Positions 53,540 to 64,000 of a stretch of DNA of 64,000 nucleotides are shown here, piece after piece. Position 1 is the first letter of the stretch. Each line of letters opens with the position of its first letter. Made by a program: the position numbers and the translations under genes. This DNA comes from Callorhinchus milii (lineage: Eukaryota): contig NW_024704743.1 in NCBI RefSeq assembly GCF_018977255.1, positions 70,372,001 to 70,436,000 on the forward strand. Reading direction: 5' to 3'. The notes below the pieces were generated by a model. It saw only the letters and a list, made by a program, of their open reading frames with translations, was not told where the DNA came from and did no database searches.

Positions 53540-54532
53540 TCTAAAAGGAGGGTCTTGAGTCGTCCCTTGAAGGAGCCAAGGGAGGGAGCGAGGCGAAAGC
53601 ACTGCGGGAATGAGTTCCAAAAGGTGGAGGCAGAGAGGCTGAAAGCCTGGCCACCGATGGTAGGGCGGGTCGGGCGGGAGACATGGGAGTAGCCTGAGCC
53701 TGATGAACGGAGGGAGCGAGCAGGTTGGTAGGGAGTCAGCAGGTCAGAGAGGTAGGAGGGAGCAAGGCCATGGATGGCCTTAAAGGTGAGGACGAGGATC
53801 TTGAACTCGATCCTCTGGGGGATGGAGAGCCAGTGGAGTCGGGCGAGGGTGGGAGTGATGGGGTCCCGAGCCTGATGCGTGAGAGTATACGAGCTGCAGA
53901 GTTTTGGATGATCTGCAGCTTGTGAAAGGAAGAGTTGGGAAGACTGATGAGGAGGGAATTTCCATAATCGAGCCTTGAGGTGACAAATGCGTGGGTGAGG
54001 GTTTTGGCAGCCTGAGGGGTGAGGCAGTGGCAGAGTCCAGCAATGTTGCAGAGGTGGTGGTAGGCAGTGCCGGTCATGGTGCGGATGTGGGGGAGAAAGG
54101 ACAGTTCAGGGTCGAACAAGACACCCAGGTTCCTGACTGGCTTAGTGAGGTTGAGTGTGCAGCCGTGGAGGCTGATGCTGCCAGCGCCCGAGATGCAGAG
54201 GCGTTGGCGCGAGCCAATCAGGAGGGCCTTGGTCTTGCTGACGTTGAAGTTGGCCTTCGTCCAAGACTTGAGGTCAGACAGGCAGTCGGTCAGGACCTCA
54301 GTAGTCCTGGAGTTCAGGATGGAGGCAGAGAGGTAGAGTTGGGTGTTATTCACATATATGTGGAAATTTACCCCATGTCTGCGGATGACGTCACCAACGG
54401 GGAGCAGGTAGAGGGTGAAAGGGAGGGAACCGAGGACAGAGCTCTGAGGAACACCGCACGAGACAGTGCGGGGGCTGGAGGAGAAACCGTTTGCCGCGAG
54501 TGGAGGCGGTGTGAAAGGTAGGACCTGAACCA
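53540..54532 (-). mobile_element. L2 LINE fragment (RT C-terminal half, degenerate)
   Basis: Encodes CGVPQSSVLGSLPF, FHIYVNNTQLY (YADD lost), [13 protein letters not shown] and [13 protein letters not shown]. Clearly homologous to the 58.5-kb copy. Confidence 0.93.
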
Positions 54533-57500
54533 AACCAAACCTCCATTTACATGATTTTCCTGATAGGTCTAAACATATTTGGAGCCTATGGACCCCACCC
54601 TTTGGGCAAAGTTTCCTCTTTTGACTTTGCTGTATCTCCTGTTCAGTTACAGCATAACTGGCAAACATGTACCGTCTTCTGTCTGGAACCCAGAGTCTGA
54701 TGGTATGCAACAAGGTTTGACCAGATTGTAACTGATTCACCTCTGAATTTATAACTGTTCAGAATTTGAGCATGATCTCAGACTGATTGGATTTCCCATT
54801 CACAATAATGAGTTAAATTGCACCTTTTACTCCACTGATATCATCACATTAAACCTAGTTTAGTCTACAAATACAGTCACTCCACTTTAAAGTATCCTGC
54901 AAGGTACTTTAAAACGTATCGGCGGTTGGTGCTATATTAACACAAGGATTACTATTTATATCTGAAATTACAAAGTATAAATATTACTCAAATATAACTT
55001 AATACCTGCATTCTGGTTGTCAGTTTTATAATTATCACCAGGTGAGAAAACCCCACTAACTCTTCTCTTGTAGTCAGCTGCTAACCTAAATATCAATGAT
55101 AAATGCTCAGAAGAATAAAAGCTGTTTAACTGATGAAACGGATCAAAAAGCAAGTCTTGCTGACAGGTGCCCTGAAAAGCCATTTTACTGCAATTCCTTT
55201 GCAGCTTTTAAAACGAGGTCTGCTACATCTGAAAATGTAAGTGTTTATTTCTGGTGTTAAATTGCATGTAGGAAAACTGGAGAGTGATACAGAACTGAAT
55301 ACAGTTCTTCATGAGCTCTATTCCACGAGTAACCTAAATTATGCAAAGGATCGGGGTAGGGGAGGTAGGGGGAGGAAACTTGCCCAGGCATTCAAAGGGT
55401 TAACCACAGCCACAAGAGCATGTTTCGATTGTCCATCAATTCTGCAAGATTAATTTACAAAAATACCCAGAAACAGAAGAGCAAATCAATAGTATAGGAA
55501 CACAAGTAACATAAGTTGTAAAATACCCAGGAAATGCATAATTATTTAGAACATGTGGTTTGCATTTCTGAAAAATGAACAAGCTGTTTGTGGTTAAACT
55601 GTCTAATCGGCTGTTATCAACCCTACTCTGCTTTCGAGATCATAATTTACTGGATATTTCAGCTACTGTGGCACATTAACTACAGAGGAAAGGGAAAGCT
55701 TATCTTTAGGAATAATATTTCCAGTACTGCTGTACTCACAGTACATCTGGTTCTTCTGTTAGCGGCAGTTAAATTGAAATATTTCACAGCGTGTGTCAGA
55801 AACATGCATAATGGTAATTATGACAGATCTGATTAAACCTGAGTGCCACCAGCTCCCTGGTTGACTTGGGTTGTGCAGGTGTGACCTTCTGAGTCTGCGT
55901 GTGTAAATAAAATTAATTACAAGCAGAGGCTATGACTCCGTGACATCACAAAGCAGAGGGATTCCCAAGAGGGAGACCTAATGGAATATTTTCCCTCAGA
56001 CTAATAATATAGTTCATATTGACTTGTGGTAATTAGTGGATCATTAAAGCAGTTTTCCCGAAGTATTTGGCTGACTGATCAGATTAGTGAAAATGTTCTT
56101 CAGAACAAGCCCCTGTGTGGTCTGCCAGAGGAAAAAATACGCAACACAGCTTTAGCAAAGATGAGGATAGGCCATTGGTTCATCACACTCTAGTGAGCAT
56201 GCACAAGCCTGCAATTTTAACATGCCAGGCCTGCACAGGACTTGTCACAGATGGCAGGCTTGACAGTTCTTGTCTGCGGCGTTGATACACAACAGTTCAG
56301 CACAGGATCAGTGACATTCTGTCTCATTAGACCTACGCTAATTATCACAGCTAGTTTCAGGGGAAACCATGTGTTGAAATGGTCAATTTGAAGGAGTTTT
56401 TGCATCAACAAACCGGTAATAAGGATTAGGTCCCCTATTACACAGCAACATGCCGCCGAAGATCTAATTTATTTTGTCACAAGCAGACTGGTTACAATGC
56501 TTCACATTCATACAAAATACATATTTCCAAAATAATATAAAACATACAACTGTTCTCAGCTATATTTTTATTCTATGTTTGTGCACAGCCCAGATTGTTC
56601 CCTACGTTATCCAACCTTGACAGAGCCCTGCTTCAGTGAGCAGGATTGCACGGCCACAGGATTTCTGCAAAAACGCTGCTCTGTTATCATCGAAACAGGA
56701 GGTATGTGTTTGTTCACATTATGGGGAGACTGTCATGGCTTCTTCTCCATTCCACTTTAAGCAGCATTTTGCTAATTTGAATCCCTTCAATAGCATTCGG
56801 CAGAGAATTGACTAAACTTTTCCAATCTGTGGAAGTTGAATTTAAAAGGGGGAAAAAACCGACTCATTCTGCCCCTGGGAGCCCATATTAATTTATTTTG
56901 GATGTCAGGGCCCTACTGCAAAGCTACCAGGCCACTTCTCAGTTTCTGTTTATTTTCAGTCAACAGTACTTATGCTAACATGGCAATATTTCATTTTGGG
57001 AATGAGAAGTTCCACACCTCTCATTCACTCAGCTGCTTCTGTTTTTCATGGCACTAGACCTACCCCTGTGTGGACACCCCCTCCCCTGTAGTGTCATTTA
57101 TTTTTAATTTGGGGAAAGAAGTGTAGATGTCAGCAACACCATATGTAGAAGGCAAATCTGACTGACTCACAACTTTAGAAATTTCAGTCAGGGAAACACT
57201 GTGCTGCAAGGTTATAATAGGAAAGGTAATACTAAATTTAAACACCCTTTGCTTTTTGTCACATTCTTTTTTAAATATGATGAGATTAAAGCTTATCTAT
57301 ATATACTCACTGGATATATTAATGTGTGACAGGAAAACACAGGAAGAAGATAGAAGGGGTCCATTACAGTTCTTGAACACTTAACACCACAGCATTAAAC
57401 CATAAATCCCAACTCCCAAGGGTGCACTCACTCAGATTAGTTGGGAAACTTTGGCCAGGGCCTATGTGCACAGCTAGGTGGAGGATAAGTGTTTGAACTC

Positions 57501-57904
57501 AAGAGGAAACACTGACATTATTGCGCCTGTCCTACCAGTGCCACCCAATTGCTGAATCATTTGAAGCAGTCATGAAGAAATCTGTCACACTAATCACGCC
57601 ACACTCTCACATAAAGGAGCAATGACTGTTTTTTTTACAAGGAGACAAATATGGCAGAATAAAATAACCTTATTTTTAAAAAAATCAAAATACCACATGT
57701 GCTTGTGATCAACTGTCAGAAACCAATAATTAGACAGTACTAGCTGGTTCATGATTACTTTCAACACTCTTGATAATTTGTGCCATCTACTGTGAAGTAA
57801 CATTTCCTTTTTATAATGTAAAAACAAATGAACATGCAATGGGTAGAACAATTAGCCCGAACATCAATACATCTTTACTGTACAAAACAACATCTCAGCC
57901 TTAC

Positions 57905-58060
57905 CTGGCTCTTTGATGCTGCAACTTTAGCAAATAATGCTTGGGACACTTTGGCCCTCTTCATTTCCTGCTGAATCTCATCATAAATGGAAGCATTAAT
58001 ATTAAGTGGACAGCCTTCTGATTTACCATTCCATTCAGTTATAATGGAGGACGTTTTGAC
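57905..58060 (-). CDS. SATB1: SATB1 internal coding exon (linker plus first half of CUT2), 156 nt, phase 0/0; absent from the ORF track
   Basis: Manual translation gives [52 protein letters not shown]. The [28 protein letters not shown] segment is SATB1-type. Acceptor is ttatctag| and donor is |gtaagg. Confidence 0.97.
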
Positions 58061-58544
58061 CTAGATAAAGTTTCAATCTCAGTTAATAATGTACATTGAG
58101 ACAAGTCCCAATATAATATAATATAATATAATATAAAGATATCCCAATATCTTCCCATTGACAGCGTGTTACTTTGGAGTTCATTAATGTGATCCATAAC
58201 TCACAACAAGCACACGTTTGCTTAAACAAGTGCAATACTCAGAACTAGGTGCAGTTTCGTTTTAAAAAGTCTGTGGAGGAGAACTCTCCCTGGAATCATA
58301 CGTAGCCTTGAAATAAATTCTTGAATGGCATGCCAATTGTGAAGTGGTAATTTATATTGTCTTATATCCTTTCTTTCTTTCATTGGTCTGAATTATCACA
58401 TTAAAATTGTCACAATATTCAATCCCACAGAGAAGAAGACGTTTTGCATTTGTGTGTCTCGTGCTTAATTGTTTACTTAAAACTCTTGGGATACGTTTTG
58501 CTGCACCAGCCTTTGCACCATTGTCAGTGAAATTATGAAGTAAT

Positions 58545-60930
58545 ACAACAACAACAAGATTTCATTTATAGAGCGCCTTTCACGTCAGGAGGACGTCCCA
58601 AAGCGCTGGACAGTTGGGTCGGGACCTGAGCAGGGGAGAAATGGACAGAGTGAGGGGAGGGAAGGAGCGAGGAGGGGGTAGAGAGTCGACATGGGAGCTG
58701 AAGGCATGGTCGAAGAGAAAGGTTTTGAGACCGGCCTTGAAGGAGGAAAGGGAGGAAGCAATGCGAAGGCACCAGAGGATGGAGTTTCAGAGCCTAGGGG
58801 CTGAGAGGCTGAAGGCCCGGCCACCGATGGTAGGGCGGTTGGGGCGGGGGATGTGGAGCAGACCAGAGCCAGAGGAATGGAGGGTACGGGCAGGTAAGTA
58901 GGGGGATAGTAGATCGGAGAGGTAGGAGGGAGCAAGGACGTGAATGGCCTTGTAGGTGAGGATGAGGATCTTGAATTCGATCCTCTGGGGGATGGGGAGC
59001 CAGTGGAGGCGAGCGAGGGTGGGAGTGATGTGGTCCGAAGCCTGGTGCGGGACAGTACACGAGCTGCAGAGTTCTGAATGACCTGCAGCTTGTGGAGGGA
59101 GGTGCCGGGAAGGCCGACGAGGAGAGAGTTCCCATAGTCCAGCCTTGAGGTGATAAAGGCGTGGACCAGAGTTTCAGCAGCGTGAGGGGTGAGGTAGTGC
59201 CGTAGTCTGGCGATGTTCCGGAAGTGGTGGAAGGAGGTGCCAGTTGTGGGGCGGATGTGGGGAAGAAAGGACAGCTCAGGGTCGAACAGAACGCCGAGGT
59301 TCCTGACTGGCTTTGAGAGGTGGAGAGTGCAGCCTTGGATGCTGATGCTGTCAGCGCCTGAGGTGCGGAGGCGCTGACGCGAACCAATCAGGAGGGCCTC
59401 AGTTTTGCGCACGTTGAGCTGAAGAAAGTTGTCTCTCGTCCAGGACTCGATGTCGGACAGGCAGGCTGTCAGGACATCGGTGGTCGTGGAGTTGAGGGTA
59501 GAGGAGGAAAGGTAGAGTTGGGTGTCATCCGCATACATGTGGAAGTTAACCCTATGTCTGCGGATGATGTCACCAAGGGGGAGCATATAGAGGGTGAAGA
59601 GGAGGGGACCGAGGACAGAGCCCTGAGGGACACCGCACAAGACAGTGCGGGGACTGGAGGAGAAGCCGTTTGTGGAAACAAAATGAAGACAGTGGGAGAG
59701 GTACGACCTAAACCACTCAAGGACAGGGCCTTGAAGGTTGAGGTGGGAGGACAAGTGGTGGAGGAGGATAGCGTGGTCGACCGTATCGAATGCGGCCAAT
59801 AGGTCGAGGAGGACGAGGAGGCAGAGGGAGCCCTGCTTGCAGATGGTCAAGATGTCATTGGTGACCTTGACCAGGACGGTTTCTGTGCTATGGGCAGCAC
59901 GGAAACCCGACTGAAGGGGTTCGAATAGTGAATGGGTGGAGAGGAAAGAGCGCAACTGGGAGGCGACAACTCTTTCAAGGACCTTGGACAGGAAGGGGAG
60001 GTTGGAGATGGGCTGGTAGCTTGGTAGCTGCGACGCACCAGGGAGAGTTTTTTCAAAGTGGGAGTGATGGTGGCAGTTTTTAGGGGGATGGGAACAAAGC
60101 CAGAGGAGAGGGATAGGTTGATAATGTCTGTGAGAAGTGGGGCAACGAGGTGGAGCTGGGAGATAAGGAGTGGAGCGGGTATGGGGTCAAGGGTATGGAG
60201 TCCTGTAGCTCAGTGGTTAGAGCACTCGCTTTGCAAGTGAGAGACCTGAGTTCAATTCCAGGCAGAGGGCGAAACCTTGGGCAAGTTTCCTTACTCCACA
60301 CGCCTAATAATAATCCCTCCAAAAACAAAAACAATAATAAATTGGTCATTTTCAATCTACGACTGTTTGTGGGACATTGCTGTGCGCAATTGGCTGCCGC
60401 GTTCGCCCACAAATATACAGTCAATTCACTTTACAGTCTATTCTGTGAAGCGCTTTGGGACGTCCTCCCGACGTGAAAAGCGCTATATCAAATGCAAGGA
60501 TTATTATTATTAAGGATTATTATTATTATTAAGGGAGCAGGTGGTGGGTTTCAGGGACAGGATGAGGTTGGTGACAGAGGGCGGGGAAACGGGTTCGAAG
60601 TTGTGTAGGGGAGGATGGGTAGGAGTCGGTGTGTGGGAGGGAAGGGGTGGGGGGTGGGTGGAAGTTGGAGGGGGAGTGACGGCGGAGCGGATTCCCTTGA
60701 TTTGGGATTCAAGGAAATCCAGCAGTTCCTTGCAGTAAAGGTTGGAGGAGGTGACCTGCGCAGGGTGGCGGGGGGGACGGAGGAGTCGGGATGTGGTAGA
60801 GAACAGAAGCCTGGGCTTGTTTTTCGTCTCCAGGATTATCCTGGAGTAGAAGGACGACTCGGCCGAAGCTAGAGTGGAGCAGTAGATTTTGAGGAGGTCC
60901 AGCCAGATTTGTCGGTGGACTGTTAGGCCA
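58545..60930 (-). mobile_element. L2-clade LINE, 5'-truncated and relatively young, with a readable RT domain; interrupted by a SINE
   Basis: ORF 58585-59955 has [38 protein letters not shown] and YADDTQLY. Upstream ORF2 sequence continues to about 60930. The 3' end has a stem-loop and a (TTG)n tail. Frameshifts occur near 59038 and 60020. Confidence 0.95.
60196..60530 (+). mobile_element. Full-length tRNA-derived SINE (short-body subfamily, Deu-like core, L2-like tail) nested in the L2
   Basis: A box TAGCTCAGTGG and B box GAGTTCAATTCC are present, with core TGTTTGTGGGACATTGCTGTGCGCAATTGGCTGCCGCGTT and a (TTA)n tail. AAGGG is duplicated at 60189-60193 and 60531-60535. Confidence 0.95.
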
Positions 60931-60941
60931 ATATATTGAAA

Positions 60942-61049
60942 GGTAATACCAGGAAAGTAAGTAATACTAGGACAGTAAGTAATACTAGGACAGTAGGTAA
61001 CACTAGGACAGTAGGTAACACTAGGATAGTAGGTAACACTAGGACAGCA
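60942..61049. repeat. 18-bp minisatellite, 6 units, consensus RGTAAYACTAGGACAGTA
   Basis: Units start at 60942, 60960, 60978, 60996, 61014 and 61032. Confidence 0.92.
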
Positions 61050-61736
61050 GAAAATATGTAACACTACAATAGTAGATTTTCTCCAATGAATGATTATAAT
61101 ATTGAGACAAATACAAGTAATGGGGTCAAAGTCTGTGAAATTGAGTGGGTGGTTCTGCTGAAAACTATAATTCATCAGGCAGTATTTAAAACAAAGCAAG
61201 ACTTCTTAAATGAAAATCAAAAGGTTCCAGATTTTCAATGCAACAACAGAGAACATTTTATAATATTGCATTTCTTTCCTTTTTTTAAAAACGTAGTATA
61301 CTTTTGTAAAACAAATCATTGTGAACTCGAAGAAGTAACCAGAGTTGATCAAGTCCAGTTGTTGGTTTGAGCAGCAAAAAACACCTCAGAAAATGTGGTA
61401 GACCGATAACAACTGAAAGTCCACTGTTACTTTTTTTTAATCTCCCCAAAGAATACCCATTTTCTTTCTGAATGACACCACCAATTTAACGTCAGTTTTA
61501 ACCAAAAAGTGGGTACTTTTTATACAATCACCACACTTCACAGTAAAATCCTGTGTAGCGCCTTGAGACTTGACCACATGATAAATCAAATGCAAGGATT
61601 ATTATTTACTACTTTTGTGCTGTGGATTTATAGCCACTGGGAATTGGTCTGAGACTGTTCAAGCTCATTTTGCTTATGAGCCCTGCAGACACAGACGAGT
61701 ATCCAAAGGTGAAAGGTCAGTGAGCTGTATTCACTG

Positions 61737-62101
61737 TGGAGTCCTGTAGCTCAGCAGTTAGAGCACTCGCTTCCAAGCGAGAGAATTGGGTTCGATTCCC
61801 GGGCAGGGTGAAATGTTGGGCAAGTTTCCTTACTCTACACGCCTCTGTTTACCTAGTAGTAAGCAGTAACCCAGTCATTAGTCGATTGGCAGATCGCTTT
61901 TCCAGGATACTAATCCCTTTTTAAAAAAAATTTATAATTTGGTCACTCAATCCACAACTGTTTGTGGGACACTGCTGTGTGCTATTGGCTGCCGCATTTC
62001 ACCCACAAAATATACAGTCAATTCACTTTACAGTACGTTCTGTGAAGCGCTTTGAGATGTCTAACAGATGTGATAAGATGCTATATCAAATGCAAGGATT
62101 A
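61737..62101 (+). mobile_element. Full-length tRNA-derived SINE, long-body subfamily
   Basis: Same head type as the 60196 copy, plus an extra internal segment beginning CCTCTGTTTACCTAGTAGTAAGCAGTAACCCAG, and a tail ending CTATATCAAATGCAAGGATTA. Confidence 0.92.
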
Positions 62102-62689
62102 ATATTTACTATTATTCACTCCGCCAATCTAAAAAATCTGCAAGAACCTCTTGGCTCTTCTCCTCCCCCAAAATAATATTCCTTGCATTTTTAAAGCAAT
62201 ATAATACCCTAATTATTTTTATAAATGTTAAAAGGAACTGGCATAATTTTAGTCAATCACTCAAGTTCTCAGCACTTTTCCCCACAGGGTGTGTAAAAAA
62301 AAAACCACACTGGTAATCTCCAAACTGAACGATTAAAAAAATGAAAAGGATGGCTAAACGTCTCAGTAAAGCACTTCTTTTAGTGCTTTCAAACTGTGCA
62401 GTTTTTGCTTGGCAGATCTAACATCTGCAAACATGATTCTTTTGAATATTTTTTAATTGCTGAAGTTGACAACATAGAATAAATGTGAGAAAGGTACAGA
62501 GAAAAAGAAATTAAATGAAAATCATAATATATCATGCTGAAGAACAAAATATCCTTTGAAAGAAAAAATAATTGCCAAATAAAGTACTGCATTTCTTAAT
62601 TGGTGAAGTGATGGAGAATTTTGTCTCAAAATAGATTTATGAGGGGCAACGGGGAGAAAAATAAAAGTAGGGCATTTTCAAAAAGTTAC

Positions 62690-62899
62690 CTGTTGAGGAC
62701 GACCGGGAGAACTTATCAAAGGCGCAGATCCCATCCCTGAGGCTGCATTGAGGCTTCTCTCCCTTTCATCCTGGTAAATACGGTCCCTTTCTGCTTCAGG
62801 AAGGATCAGAAAGTTCTGCATTGCCCTCAGGTTGACCAGCAAAGACTGTGAGGCCATCTTTGGGTCTTCTTCCTTTCTAAGGATTTCAGACAGCAGACC
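62690..62899 (-). CDS. SATB1: SATB1 internal coding exon (second half of CUT1 plus linker), 210 nt, phase 0/0
   Basis: Translates to [70 protein letters not shown], matching vertebrate SATB1 CUT1. Minus-strand acceptor is tttttgcag| and donor is |gtaact. Confidence 0.97.
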
Positions 62900-64000
62900 C
62901 TGCAAAAAGTACAAACAAGATAATGGTATTTTTGTCAACTGAACTTGACCAGCGACTGCTAATTATTCACTCACTGCATTGCTGGAGATTCAGTGAACCT
63001 TCAATGGCACTAAGAATACATTAGTGCTCAATTAGGTACTTTGAAAGAAAGACCCGATTGTATCCCTAATTTTATAACTGTCTTCTCTAGCAGTGCACGC
63101 ACATTCATGGCGTAAAACAGAAAATAGATGATCACTATACAGTCCTTCCACAAACTTAAAGTGGAAAAACAACTACTCAATTGTGAAAGGCTAAATATAA
63201 GAGATGCTACTGAAATAGTAAGCGAACAGCTTTTCAGTTTTAATGAGGGCAATTTTTACTACAAATCATATGCATTTTTTTTCTTCCAAACAGGTTTCTC
63301 TGCACATTCTTCAGAAACTAAAATATATTAACAATTTTTGAAGTAGTAAACATACTTCCATGAAAAAAATGTATTTTAAAAACAAAAAGTACTTTCTGCC
63401 AGGAAGCAAATAATTGGCAAAAGGAAACAAAACCCAATTATTTTCTGATGTTTCTGAGGTATGTGCCTACAAGAAAACATTTCTGCAAGGCGTCTGACGA
63501 GTATGGAACACTCACTATGTGCATAAATGTTAATGTCTTTCATTGTCATCCGCTTATGGATTCTACTCTAGATGTAGAAAGACGCCCATGAAAAAGGTTA
63601 CATTTTTTAATATCTTAATAGATACAAATGTTAGTTGACGTCAGCTGCTGAGATTGCACAAATTCTTTGTTCATACATACACAAATACCTAAAAGAGAGA
63701 TCGATGTAGTTCTCAGAAAGCTTCTCTTATTAATTATTTGCATCAGTTATACTTCTATAACTTTAAAGTGCAGGTAACATATTGTTGCAAAGTGATGCCG
63801 AGCGAGTGTTAGAATACACTTCAGTAACTCCTAAGCAGATGCCAAATAAACCACAGGGTACTGATTCTGCAACAAAAAAGATTTGTTCCTTATAGACCTG
63901 ACTGTGCATAAAATGGCTGACTACCTTTAATGCTCATTTTGGAACAGTCACCATGCTTTTAACCACTTTATGGATGGTTGCAGCTGTGCACAGGACCATT

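Noticed and set aside
53736..54740. 334-aa ORF as a domesticated gene
   Set aside because: The catalytic YADD is mutated to YVNN, the C-terminus is frameshifted, and the N-terminus is read-in from flanking DNA.
58585..59955. 456-aa RT ORF as an active retroelement or a bacterial-type RT system
   Set aside because: It is a 5'-truncated L2 with no endonuclease domain, two frameshifts and a SINE insertion, in vertebrate intronic context.
60197..60270. tRNA-Ala(TGC)-like sequence with A and B boxes (also at about 13680-13750, 20530-20602 and 61737-61810)
   Set aside because: There is no proper acceptor stem and it runs directly into a SINE body, so it is a SINE head, not a tRNA gene.
60942..61049. 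Short regularly spaced repeats resembling CRISPR
   Set aside because: The units are head-to-tail with no unique spacers, there are no cas genes, and the DNA is eukaryotic.
29333..62899. Assignment to SATB2
   Set aside because: The linker and C-terminal segments ([33 protein letters not shown]) fit SATB1 better.
63494..63520. CTGACGAG, a possible hammerhead core start
   Set aside because: No stem II closing onto a GAAA box follows.

Overview
This is eukaryotic, AT-rich vertebrate genomic DNA. Its repeats (L2 and CR1 LINEs plus tRNA-derived Deu-type SINEs with L2-like tails) point to a cartilaginous fish, plausibly a chimaera such as Callorhinchus; the species is my inference. The only host gene is the 3' half of SATB1 on the minus strand. 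Four phase-0 coding exons (62690-62899, 57905-58060, 31027-31230, 29333-29791) encode the second half of CUT1, all of CUT2 and the atypical homeodomain, followed by a 3' UTR of about 1.1-1.4 kb. The 5' exons lie beyond the right edge. Positions 1-27900 are downstream intergenic sequence with nested retroposons, MITEs and TE-poor blocks that may be conserved noncoding DNA. Most other ORFs in the track are TE remnants or chance ORFs. I found no convincing novel multi-gene system. The most interesting signals are a promoter-like motif cluster in the 26.7-kb intron, miRNA seed matches and two candidate polyA signals in the SATB1 UTR, SINE/LINE tail co-evolution, a -1 frameshift at the same site in two L2 copies, a 108-bp local duplication abutting an L2 end, and a hAT MITE inside a hairpin next to a CTCF-like site. 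TE boundaries were read by eye and are approximate unless a TSD or TIR is quoted.
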